Shown here one piece after another: positions 50,550 to 60,102 of a DNA stretch of 64,000 nucleotides (position 1 is the stretch's first letter; every line of letters starts with the position of its first letter). The notes under the pieces are model-generated. The model had not been told where the DNA came from, did no database searches, and worked only from the letters and a program-made list of their open reading frames with translations. The translations under genes were made by a program, and so were the position numbers. Source of the DNA: an uncultured delta proteobacterium. Its GTDB lineage: Bacteria > Desulfobacterota > BSN033 > UBA1163. The DNA lies in assembly GCA_963827685.1 (NCBI GenBank), contig CAWHBU010000003.1, positions 96,001-160,000 on the forward strand, in the 5' to 3' direction.

Positions 50550-52094
50550 ATGATTAAAACAGTTGAACAGTATCTTGAAAGCTTGAACGACGGTAGGCAA
50601 ATCTGGTGTCTGGGGGAAAAGGTATCCGATGTTCGTACCCACCCTACCCTCAGCAGCATCATCAAAACCGCCTGCATGGACTATGTCCTGCCCAACCATC
50701 CCGGTTTCCGGAACTTGTTCGTAACGAAGAACGAGGACGGAGAGGATATTAATTTCCTGCTCACCTCCCCCAAAACGCCGGAAGATCTCTTGAGAAGAAG
50801 AGAATGCTACATCAACGGCGTCAGATCCGGTGGAGGGGTGATGGTTCATTGCATGGGCGCTGATGCGCTCGCCGCCTTTACGGTTGCGGCCGGGGTCATG
50901 GATAAGGAAATCGGGACCCATTATACGGAGCGGGTGGAGAATTATCGGAAGCTGCTTCAAAAGCAGGACCTGGCCATTACCGGAGCCATTACGGATGTAA
51001 AAGGAGACAGGAGCCTGCATCCTTCGAAACAGAAACAGCACAAGGACTATTATCTGAGAATCGTGGATAAACCGAAAGACGGGATCGTGGTGAGAGGAGC
51101 CAAGGTGCATATCAGCGCTACCCCCTGTGCCAATGAAGCCCTCTGCCTGCCCTGCCGGACCCATGGTGAGGAAGATAAGGATTATGCCCTGGGCTTTGCC
51201 ATCCCGCTCAATGCACCCGGGATTAAACTTATCGCCGTGGAGCCCGTGTCACGCACCTACGGGGAAGAAGGCGAATTTGATTATCCCAAGACGAGTGTCA
51301 CCCAGCCTACAGAGTGTCTGATTGTTTTCGACGATGTGTTTGTGCCGTGGGAGCGGGTGTTCATGTGCAGGGAGTGGCAGTTCAGCCGCCATCTGGCTTA
51401 TGCCTTTGCCAGTTATCACCGTCTTTTCGGCACCTGTAAAATGGTCGGAAAGCTCGAAATCATCACCGGGGCGGCCGCCTTGATCGCCGAGTATAACGGG
51501 GTTGAGAACGTCGGTCATGTCCGGAAAAAGCTGGCCTGGATGGCCATGATCACTGAAACGGTGACCCAGTTGGGAAAGGCGGCCTGCCTCGATCCTACAA
51601 AGGAATTCGGGAGCGACGTCGTGATGCCCAACCGGATGGCCATTAATGCCTCCAAGTACACCTTTGCCAGTAATTTTCACCAGATGTGCCAGCACTTACA
51701 GGATATTGCCGGAGGGCTATCAGCAACGGTCCCGACGTTCCGGGATTGGAACAATGCCGAGATCCAGCCCTACATTGAAAAATATCTGGGAGCAAAGGAT
51801 GGGGTTCCGACGGAAGATCGACTTCGGGTGATGCGGCTTTGCAAGGACATGACCTGCAATTTTTACCAGATCGACACCATTCACGGAGAGGGGTCCATGG
51901 CTGCTCAGGAGATGTTCTTATACGGCAGCGCCGACTGGAAAAAACTTAAATCGGCGGCAAAACGGGCCGCCCATGTAGATGGCTGGCAGGATGATCCCAC
52001 CTATGGAAAACTTTTACATCCGAAAGAGCAGGTGAAAATGCCTGCCGTGGATGAATCGTATCAAAGCATACCCAAAACGGCCAAGAGAAAGTAA
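50550..52094 (+). CDS. 4-hydroxybutyryl-CoA dehydratase (AbfD)/HpaB-family flavoprotein
   Basis: Y.ESL.DGR, TDVKGDRS, VVRGAK.H, FDDVFVPWERVF, YHR....CK, DIAGG, HGEGS. Confidence 0.85.
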   Translation: MIKTVEQYLESLNDGRQIWCLGEKVSDVRTHPTLSSIIKTACMDYVLPNHPGFRNLFVTKNEDGEDINFLLTSPKTPEDLLRRRECYINGVRSGGGVMVHCMGADALAAFTVAAGVMDKEIGTHYTERVENYRKLLQKQDLAITGAITDVKGDRSLHPSKQKQHKDYYLRIVDKPKDGIVVRGAKVHISATPCANEALCLPCRTHGEEDKDYALGFAIPLNAPGIKLIAVEPVSRTYGEEGEFDYPKTSVTQPTECLIVFDDVFVPWERVFMCREWQFSRHLAYAFASYHRLFGTCKMVGKLEIITGAAALIAEYNGVENVGHVRKKLAWMAMITETVTQLGKAACLDPTKEFGSDVVMPNRMAINASKYTFASNFHQMCQHLQDIAGGLSATVPTFRDWNNAEIQPYIEKYLGAKDGVPTEDRLRVMRLCKDMTCNFYQIDTIHGEGSMAAQEMFLYGSADWKKLKSAAKRAAHVDGWQDDPTYGKLLHPKEQVKMPAVDESYQSIPKTAKRK

Positions 52095-52108
52095 CCATGG
52101 GGTGCTAT

Positions 52109-52285
52109 TGTAGTGCGTCCAACACTTCTTTACATATTTTACATATAATGTAGCATCAAAACGGTCATTCCTGCCCCGATTTTCATCGGGATAAACTCCA
52201 GCAGGAATCCAGAGGGGCAAAAAGACTGGATTCCGGGTCAAGCCCGGAATGACAATCAAAGTAAAAGGATTTATAACGCACTACA
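52109..52285. repeat. MITE-like element (IR gtagtgcgt) around a gtcattcc...ggaatgac REP
   Basis: Nested inverted repeats. Confidence 0.65.
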
Positions 52286-52327
52286 CTATGTTATTGATTG
52301 AGAACACACCCAAGAAAGGAAAAAACC

Positions 52328-53116
52328 ATGAATCTTTCACTCTTTTCTCTTGAAGGAAAAGTAGCCCTGATAACCGGCGGGAGTCGCGGCATCGGACGTG
52401 CCAGTGCTCTTGCCCTCGCCGACGCCGGGGCCAGCGTGGTGGTCGCCAGTCGAAAAATCGCCGATCTCGAACCGGTGGCCGAGGAAATAAAATCTAAAGG
52501 CGTCAAGGCAATGGCAATAGCGGCTCACATCGCCAAGATGGAAGACTCCAGGGCGTTGATCGAACAGGCCATGAAGGCATTCGGAAGAATCGATATTCTC
52601 ATGAACAACGCGGGAACCAACCCCTATTACGGCCCGCTCATGGACCAGGATGAGAAGACCTATGATATCACCATGAATGTCAACCTGAAGGGTCTCTTCT
52701 TTCTGAGCCAGCTGGCGGCGAGAGTCATGAAGGCCCAGGGCGGAGGATGCATCATCAATACCTCGTCCATCGGCGGCTTGAGGGCGGGCGAACTGGGCGT
52801 GTACTGTGTGACCAAGGCCGCTGTCATCATGCTCACCCAGGTCATGGCCAAGGAGTGGGGACAGTACAACATCAGAGTGAATGCTATCGCACCGGGGGTC
52901 ATCAAGACGCGGCTCAGCGAAGCCCTGTGGAAAGATCCGGCGGTCAGTGCGAAAGCGGTTGCCCAGGTTCCCCTGATGCGACTCGGCGAGCCGGAAGAAA
53001 TCGCAGGCACCGTCGTGTTCCTGGCCTCTGATGCGGGGAGCTACATTACAGGAGAAACGATCGTGATCGACGGAGGCCGTGTCCACGGCGAACCCGCTCA
53101 TCTGAAAAAGAACTAA
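52328..53116 (+). CDS. Short-chain dehydrogenase/reductase
   Basis: TGGSRGIG, NNAG, YCVTK. Confidence 0.9.
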   Translation: MNLSLFSLEGKVALITGGSRGIGRASALALADAGASVVVASRKIADLEPVAEEIKSKGVKAMAIAAHIAKMEDSRALIEQAMKAFGRIDILMNNAGTNPYYGPLMDQDEKTYDITMNVNLKGLFFLSQLAARVMKAQGGGCIINTSSIGGLRAGELGVYCVTKAAVIMLTQVMAKEWGQYNIRVNAIAPGVIKTRLSEALWKDPAVSAKAVAQVPLMRLGEPEEIAGTVVFLASDAGSYITGETIVIDGGRVHGEPAHLKKN

Positions 53117-53304
53117 TACAAACGCACTAAATGCTTTTACATTGTCATTGCGAGCGACCAGCGGGAGCGTGGCAATCTCTCTTCATAAGTGCGAGATTGC
53201 GGAGCCTGTTCCGAACAAAGTGAGGAATCTCCGGGTTTGCTTCGGCTTCGCCTCGCAACCATTTCATTCCTCGCAAAGACAATTTATTTAATGCGTTTGT
53301 ATTA
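53114..53304. repeat. MITE (IR taatacaaacgc) around a gtcattgcgag REP; its TAA is the SDR stop codon
   Basis: Same outer IR as 50287 and 57561. Confidence 0.7.
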
Positions 53305-53332
53305 ATTCCCCACCAAGACAGGAGGAAAGGCA

Positions 53333-53743
53333 ATGCAGGTTAAATCGGTTGATCACATCAGCTATGCTGTCAACGACATCGATAAGGTCGTCGAGGCGTG
53401 GTCGCGGCTATACGGCATCGGACCATGGACCTTTCACGAAAACGGCGGCATGGATGGGAAAGGACGTCCCTGGAAAATACGAATGGCCTTTGCCTACTTA
53501 GGACCCGTTGAGATCGAACTCGTTCAGTGTCTGCAAGGAAAAATCTTCCAGTCCAAGTTTATCGACAAGTGGGGAGAAGGTGTCCATCATCTCGGTTTTT
53601 ACGTTGACGATGTCGACGCGGAAGTGGTAAAATTAGTGAAAGAAGGAGCCACACTGCTCATCCATGATCCGGGCAGATTCGCCTATCTGGATGCAGGTGG
53701 CCCGGGCGGCGCCATCTTCGAACTGATGAAAAGAAGAGACTGA
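53333..53743 (+). CDS. VOC-family protein (methylmalonyl-CoA epimerase-like)
   Basis: DHI..AV.D, IELVQ, GEGVHHLGF, IFEL. Confidence 0.85.
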   Translation: MQVKSVDHISYAVNDIDKVVEAWSRLYGIGPWTFHENGGMDGKGRPWKIRMAFAYLGPVEIELVQCLQGKIFQSKFIDKWGEGVHHLGFYVDDVDAEVVKLVKEGATLLIHDPGRFAYLDAGGPGGAIFELMKRRD

Positions 53744-53799
53744 CCTGAAAAGTCTGTTATGTCAGCGTGATGATGAGTTTAAGAGTATTACGACTGTAA

Positions 53800-53947
53800 A
53801 CCCCGTTAGAAATTCCAGTCGTTGCGACTCGAAACCGAGCGGGGCATTAAACCCCGCCGGAATTATTCTAAAATCTAACCCCGCTGGCAGAGCCCTGAAC
53901 CGCATGGTGTACAGGGCAGAGCAGCGGGGCATCATTTCTAACGGGGT
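53800..53947. mobile_element. MITE with TIR accccgttagaaa, carrying a 24-bp nested insertion
   Basis: Inverted copy of 36275-36392 plus 53893-53916. Confidence 0.8.
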
Positions 53948-53961
53948 AAAGGGAAGAATAA

Positions 53962-54132
53962 ATGCCAAAATTAGAATGTCCAAAATGTAAAGAAGGATTG
54001 GGTGAGATCATCAGGGTGATCGAAGTGCGGTGTCGCTTTGATGAGAAGGCGGATGATTATCTTACCGAAGCAGAGGGGGACCGCTTTATCGATCTTTGCC
54101 CGATATGCAGGACAGAGCTTGAGATCTTTTAG
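53962..54132 (+). CDS. 56-aa zinc-ribbon-like small protein, absent from the ORF track
   Basis: MPKLECPKCKEG...DLCPICRTELEIF*; two CxxC motifs; purine-rich RBS. Confidence 0.6.
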   Translation: MPKLECPKCKEGLGEIIRVIEVRCRFDEKADDYLTEAEGDRFIDLCPICRTELEIF

Positions 54133-54195
54133 ATCAGTGGCCAACGGGTAAGTGTTATCCCGCCGTCTCATTACCTCGGCAAGGAGGAGAAAAGC

Positions 54196-54708
54196 ATGGA
54201 TGTGTTTACTGCTATTAGCCAGAGAAGCAGCGTGAGAGCGTACAAAGCTACGGATATTGGAGAGGATAAAATAAAAAGGATACTGGAAGCAGTTAGGCTT
54301 TCCCCTTCTGCCAGCAACCGCCAGGAATGGAAATTTATCGTTGTGAAGAATAAGGAAACAAGGAAGAAGCTGGCCAACGCTGCCTTCGGACAGTCTTTTA
54401 TCGGAGAAGCACCGGTCGTCATTGTTGCCTGTGGGACGGAATCGAAGTCCATCATGGCTTGCGGCCAACCCGCTCACACGGTGGATGTATCCATCGCCTG
54501 TGCGTTTATGATCCTGCAGGCCTATGAAATGGGTTTGGGGACTTGTTGGATCGGTGCTTTTAAGGAAGAGGATGTTAAGAAAATTCTGAAGATCCCAGAA
54601 CACGTTCGGGTGGTCGCGATGATTCCCCTGGGATACCCGAATCAACCCCCCTCAGAAAAATCCAGAAAGAGCTTGGATCAAATCGTTTGCTTTGAGAAGT
54701 ATGAATGA
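54196..54708 (+). CDS. Nitroreductase-family protein
   Basis: [28 protein letters not shown]. Confidence 0.9.
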   Translation: MDVFTAISQRSSVRAYKATDIGEDKIKRILEAVRLSPSASNRQEWKFIVVKNKETRKKLANAAFGQSFIGEAPVVIVACGTESKSIMACGQPAHTVDVSIACAFMILQAYEMGLGTCWIGAFKEEDVKKILKIPEHVRVVAMIPLGYPNQPPSEKSRKSLDQIVCFEKYE

Positions 54709-54838
54709 AAAGGAAACCGGCCTTGCCCTTGCCTCGTAGAGAGGGAATTGGGCTTCCATGGTGGCGTCATTGATTATGATAGGATAATGCGGCGGTGCAG
54801 GTATTTGCCGTAAAGGGACTCAAATCAGGAATCTGTAA

Positions 54839-55951
54839 TCACACCAGGATCTCCTTCAACGCCCCCATCAATGAATGGATGCTCTGGATGCGGCAGGTCT
54901 CACCCATCAGGCCGATTCTCCAGATCTTGCCTTTGAGCTGACCCAATCCTCCTCCGACTTCGATACTATATTGCTCCAAGAGTCTTTTTCGTGTCGGAAC
55001 ATCATCAATCCAGTCGGGGAGGGTGACGGAGGTTAGCATAGGCAAACGATATCCTTCCTGGGCAAAGAGCTTAAATCCAAACCCCTCCAACTCCATCTTT
55101 AGTCGATCCCCTAATGTTTGATGGCGCTGAAATCTTGCCTCAAGTCCTTCCTCGAAGATGATTCTCAATCCTTCTCTCAATGCATAGAGCATCGAGATAG
55201 GGGCGGTGTGGTGATAAAAACGTTCTTCACCCCAATATCGCTCGATCATCGTGAGATCCAGGTACCAGCTTTGGACCTTCTTCTTCCTCGAATGTAATAC
55301 ATCCATTCCCTTCTGGTTGATGGTAATAGGAGAAAGCCCAGGAGGAACGCTTAAACATTTCTGAGTCCCACTGTAACAGATATCGATCCCCCAATCATCC
55401 ACCTTGACCTCGCAACCGCCCAGAGAGGTGACCGTATCCACTAAGAATAAAATCTCCTTCGATTTACAGAAACCTCCGATTTCTTCCAAAGGCTGCCGAG
55501 CCCCGGTAGAGGTCTCGGCATGGACGACTGCACAGAGCTTTGCGTCCGGGTTTCTTTTCATGGCCTGGATCATTCTTTCGGGTTCGATGATCTTACCCCA
55601 TTCCCCTTCGACTCGGATCACCCTTGCCCCGGAACGCTCTGCCACGTCCGACATCCGTTCCCCAAACAGTCCGTTCACTCCGATGATGATCGTATCTCCC
55701 TGTTCTATAAAATTGACAAAGGCGGCCTCCATGCCAGCACTTCCAGTTCCTGAGATCGGAATGGTGAGACGATTTTTCGTCTGAAATAGATTTCTCAACA
55801 GATGGCAAGTATCATCCATCATATACAGGAATTGGGGATCTAAATGGCCCACCAAAGGTGTACTCATCGCCTTCAAAACGCGGTAATGGACATTGCTTGG
55901 ACCTGGTCCCATTAAAATGCGTGGGATTGGATTCAGTTCTTGCATGATCAA
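54839..55951 (-). CDS. Alanine-glyoxylate/serine-pyruvate aminotransferase (class V PLP)
   Basis: LMGPGPS, HAETSTG, DTVTSLGG, SGTQKCL, HHTAP, RIGLMG. Confidence 0.9.
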   Translation of the reverse strand: MIMQELNPIPRILMGPGPSNVHYRVLKAMSTPLVGHLDPQFLYMMDDTCHLLRNLFQTKNRLTIPISGTGSAGMEAAFVNFIEQGDTIIIGVNGLFGERMSDVAERSGARVIRVEGEWGKIIEPERMIQAMKRNPDAKLCAVVHAETSTGARQPLEEIGGFCKSKEILFLVDTVTSLGGCEVKVDDWGIDICYSGTQKCLSVPPGLSPITINQKGMDVLHSRKKKVQSWYLDLTMIERYWGEERFYHHTAPISMLYALREGLRIIFEEGLEARFQRHQTLGDRLKMELEGFGFKLFAQEGYRLPMLTSVTLPDWIDDVPTRKRLLEQYSIEVGGGLGQLKGKIWRIGLMGETCRIQSIHSLMGALKEILV

Positions 55952-56718
55952 ACCTCCTCCAAATCTAATTTCATTCCATCGCTGGCAGCAATGACTTTCA
56001 ACCCCAATTCTTTCTCTAACTCGGCAGCCACAACCCAGGGCTTTGCCTTGATCATTGTCATTCCAAAGTGGGTCAAGATGGTCAACTTTGGTCTGGCTTT
56101 CCTAAGGATCATTTTCACATCTTCGATGGAGAGATGATCAATCGACTCATCACCAATCGGCTTCAGTCGAACTACATGGATGACCAAAATCTCTCCTCCA
56201 TAAAGACTCGGGAGTTCGGGAAAAAATTTTGTATCGGTGATAAAAGAAATCGTACGGGGGGATATCTTAAAATTAATCCCATAGGTCTCGACTCGATGCT
56301 GGTGCTTCCGGGCGGTTGAGAATAGAATGTCTCCGATCCGGTATTCGGAATCCTCCTTCAACACCTCCACTTTTTCAACGTAACCCATTACATATTTTAA
56401 GACAACCGGATCTTCCTCCAGGGCATCCGCGGGAGCGAACAGGACACCCTTTTTCTTAAATCCTCCCTCCGTCATGGCCTCGATCATCACGTTGACATCG
56501 CCGGAATGGTCTAAGTGTTTGTGGGTGAGGAGAATGCCGTCCAATGTAGCAGGCTCTAATTTGGGTTTGCTATTGAGGCACCGGACCAAGGCCCCCGGCC
56601 CGGGATCGATGTAGAGATTCGTCTTACCCACTGAGAGCCACACTCCACCAGAGGCCCGGAGTTGCTTCATCACCACAAATCGGGCACCTGCCGTGCCTAA
56701 GAATTTGATGAAAGACAT
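55948..56718 (-). CDS. MBL-fold metallo-hydrolase
   Basis: FLGTAG, IDPGPG, THKHLDH, THFG. Confidence 0.85.
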   Translation of the reverse strand: MSFIKFLGTAGARFVVMKQLRASGGVWLSVGKTNLYIDPGPGALVRCLNSKPKLEPATLDGILLTHKHLDHSGDVNVMIEAMTEGGFKKKGVLFAPADALEEDPVVLKYVMGYVEKVEVLKEDSEYRIGDILFSTARKHQHRVETYGINFKISPRTISFITDTKFFPELPSLYGGEILVIHVVRLKPIGDESIDHLSIEDVKMILRKARPKLTILTHFGMTMIKAKPWVVAAELEKELGLKVIAASDGMKLDLEEV

Positions 56719-56766
56719 ATGATCTGAACGAATAGAACGGATGATAGCAAATCAATCGAACAACAA

Positions 56767-57164
56767 TAGTGAACGCCTTAATAAAGTGGTCATTGCGAGG
56801 AGCGAAGCGACGTGGCAATCCCGTGAGATTGCTTCACTTCGCCCTGAACACCATGCGGTGCAGGGCTTCGTTCGCAATGACACGACGCGGATGTCAACTT
56901 ATTTATGGCGTTCACTATAATTAAAATTAATATAATTCCTCAAGTTCGGTGTCATTCCCCAAATCCCGATTTAGAAAAGGAAACCCTTTTGCCCACATGT
57001 CATTGCGAGCACCTGAAAGGTGCGTGCCTGCACGCCGAAGTGCTTGCCTTTGTTGAAGCGGATACTTGCAGCCAAACGTTCCGGCACGCAGGCGTGGCAA
57101 TCTCTTTGAAAAAAGCGAGACTGCTTCGTTTCACTCGCAGAGACAGTTTCCTAAATCGAGATTT
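56767..57164. repeat. Two adjacent MITE-like elements (IR tagtgaacgcc 56767-56917; IR aaatc.cgatttag 56961-57164), each with a gtcattgcgag REP and a nested mini-insertion
   Basis: Nested inverted repeats read directly. Confidence 0.7.
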
Positions 57165-57176
57165 GTGTCATTCGAA

Positions 57177-57554
57177 TCATTCGCCTTTCTCCAGTTCTCT
57201 TAACCTCTCATCATCCAGTCCGAAGTAGTGCCCCACCTCATGGATGACCACTTCTCTGACCTTCTCTTCAATCTCCTCCTGTGTTTGACACATCGACTCG
57301 ATGGGGATCTGAAAGAGCGTGATCTTATCCGGAAGGACGTTCCCGTAATAAAATCCTCTTCGGTCTAAAGGGACGCCTTGATAAAGTCCTAATAATTCGA
57401 AAGGGGATCGCAGATCCATCTCTGAAAGAAGATCTCGCGAGGCTCGGTCCTCTACGACCACATCCACATTCTTCATTTTCTTCTTAAAAAATTTAGGAAG
57501 TCTCTTCAGCGCTAAAACCACTAACTCCTCGAATTCTCGTCTGGTCAGCCTCAT
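57177..57554 (-). CDS. Zincin-like metallopeptidase (DUF1025)
   Basis: LLGLYQG.P, PD.I.LF, HEVGHYFGL. Confidence 0.88.
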   Translation of the reverse strand: MRLTRREFEELVVLALKRLPKFFKKKMKNVDVVVEDRASRDLLSEMDLRSPFELLGLYQGVPLDRRGFYYGNVLPDKITLFQIPIESMCQTQEEIEEKVREVVIHEVGHYFGLDDERLRELEKGE

Positions 57555-57769
57555 AGTAATTAATACGAACGTATTAATTTTTTTACCCCCCCACCCTCCC
57601 CTCCCCCTCAAGGGGGGAGGGTTAGCCTGCCTGCCGGTAGGCAGGGAAGAGGGTGATGTCACTTTATTTAATGCGTTTGCATTAGTTCGGAGTGATTAGT
57701 TTCGCGTTCGGAGCATTGGATCTTGAAACCCCGAACTTTGAACTCCGAACTCAAAACTCGATTCGCCTC

Positions 57770-58536
57770 CTATCTACCGATGATATACCGTTTTGGATCT
57801 ACCTTATTCCGCAGGATCTCCAACTCTTCTTTAGTGGGAGGAGGAGTTTTGACAATCTCCTTGGCTTTGAGGAGTACGAAGCCACAATTTGCCTGTATCT
57901 CCTCGAGGGTACAACCCTGGTGGATGGACTCGATGCGCATACGCTTGGTCTCTTCGTCAAATCCCATCACGGCCATATTGGTAATCACTTTGTACGGGCC
58001 GGTATTGGCCGGCAATCCTGCCCTCTCTCGAGCGCCAGGACCATCGAGATATCCTGGTGAAGTGATAAAATTAACCTTCGGTACGAACCTCTTCGCATCC
58101 TGAGGCGTGATGACCATAATTTTCCAACAGAAGGAGGCAAAATCATTTGCCCCTCCAGATCCAGGAAAGCGTACCTGAGGTTTTCGCCAATCTCCGATGA
58201 CAGTGGAGTTGAGGTTTCCATACATATCGATTTGAGCTCCTCCCAAAAAGGTGTAGTCAACCATTCCTCGTTGAGAGATTTCCATGATATCGCACATTCC
58301 GCTCGCCATGACCGCTTTGTAAAAAGTCCGTGAATCACCAACGGAAATCGGCATGGTGGGGAGCAGAGGCGCAATGCCTCCGGCTTCGAACATGATCACC
58401 AAGTTGGGAGCATGGGTTTTCTGAGCGAGCATGGCCGCTGCACAGGGGGTCCCGTCCCTACTCCTACGCTTCTCCCATCCTCCAGATTGCGCGCAGCCGC
58501 CACAATCATCATTTCTGTAGCGTTATAATTGGCCAT
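57770..58536 (-). CDS. CoA-transferase subunit B (GctB-like); 1-nt deletion frameshift near 58445-58453
   Basis: MANYNATEMMIVAAARNLEDG..VGTG lies in another frame from AAAMLAQ..FEAG..FLGGAQID..GSGG. Confidence 0.8.
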
Positions 58537-58541
58537 CTTGA

Positions 58542-59552
58542 TCACTCCCTCTTCTTCGATTCGATAAGATTTTCCTGATCTCGAAGTTCGCTAATCCGCT
58601 GAATGCCTCCGCAGAGCTCTAAGTATTCATTGAAATCCTTGGTTCCATAGATATACTTTTCTAAGAATTTTTTGAATCTCTCGGGATTCTTCTCCGTCTC
58701 CAACCAGAGCCTTAAATGTTCCTCATCAGAGAAGTACTCATAGGGCATATTTCCGGGATAGCTCCCATAGGGCACTTCGCATACCGCATCGACCAGGAGA
58801 TAAGGAATAACGGTAAGCGAGGGATTATTCCGAATCTCCTCATTATGAACTAACCGCTCACAAGTAATGATCAGGTGTTTGGAGGCACGGGCAAGTTCCA
58901 AATCCGCAATGGATATTCCTCTTATTCTGGCGTTCCCATGGATATCGGCTTCATGAACATGAATGGCTGAAACGTCGGGCCAAAGGGCAGGATACAGAGT
59001 ATAGAGTTGCCCTGTGAAAGGACATTTCGCCAATTTGGCCGCGCTGTATTTAAAAGTATCCGTCCCCATGAGGTTGCGCCCTGGTAAGTAAGAAACTCCC
59101 ATTGCCGCAGCCTTGAGGCGAAGGGCCATAGAATAGTTGGACCATTCACAGCACTCTACCTTGCCACTTTCCATATACCGGCGAGCATTGGGAGAAAGCC
59201 CCCTCGCTTCTAACCCGACAATGTAGGCGATATCGCAGCGATTAAAAACTTCTCCCGCTGCCAAGATTTGAAAATCATGGGTAGAAGTATGACCGGCAAA
59301 AGCAAGATTCTTCTTCCTCTGTCTGACGATCTCATGACAGATTGCTGTGGGAATGCGGTTGGCTCCAAATCCACCAATGGCTAAATAGTCTCCATCATGG
59401 ATGAAGAGATCGACCGCCTCCTTCACCGACATGGATTTATTCACTAAGGCTCTATTTTTATGTCGAAAAAATTCCCTCGCCTTTTCAGCATCGGGATTCA
59501 CAAAAAGAGGGCCTTCCCCCTGAACATTCACTTCCACCATATCCTCCCCCAT
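58542..59552 (-). CDS. CoA-transferase subunit A (GctA-like)
   Basis: EAV...I.DGD....GGF, AAAMG...LP, IH..EAD..GN, P.GSYP. Confidence 0.85.
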   Translation of the reverse strand: MGEDMVEVNVQGEGPLFVNPDAEKAREFFRHKNRALVNKSMSVKEAVDLFIHDGDYLAIGGFGANRIPTAICHEIVRQRKKNLAFAGHTSTHDFQILAAGEVFNRCDIAYIVGLEARGLSPNARRYMESGKVECCEWSNYSMALRLKAAAMGVSYLPGRNLMGTDTFKYSAAKLAKCPFTGQLYTLYPALWPDVSAIHVHEADIHGNARIRGISIADLELARASKHLIITCERLVHNEEIRNNPSLTVIPYLLVDAVCEVPYGSYPGNMPYEYFSDEEHLRLWLETEKNPERFKKFLEKYIYGTKDFNEYLELCGGIQRISELRDQENLIESKKRE

Positions 59553-60102
59553 TGATTTGCCTGATCATGTCTCCGATGGAGCCTCATGAGTTACGGCAAA
59601 TGATTAAATAAGAACATTGGGCACGCCTATCTGGAATTAATTGAATAGCACTCTTAAGATTTCCCGTCAAGAAGTATTTGCCCAAAAAAAATAGATATTG
59701 ACTCGATCCAGTTCCCCCTCTCCCTTGATGCCTGCCTGCGCGAAGCCGCTTCGGCGAAGGCAGGGGAGAGGGCTGGGTCGCCGACGCGCCATAGCCTGCC
59801 TTCGCCGAAAAGCTCTCGTGTGCCGGAGAACTTCTTCGGCGAGCAGGTCGTGCAGGCAGGCCGCTTTGGCGACGGCGCGGTGAGGGTACATTATCACCAT
59901 TTCTATCCCCCTCCCCTTAATTCCCTCCCGCCAGGGGAGGGGATTTTTTTGGGTTTGTCTTTCTCAATGTCTATTTTTCGGTGCCGGAAAAAAATGCGTT
60001 CAGCCCATAGTGCTTTGCGCATCGTCTTGGAAGAATGATAGCCCCACCTTTGAGCCGAAAACTTTTATTTTCCAACCTAATATGTTATTAGTTTTTTCAT
60101 AA

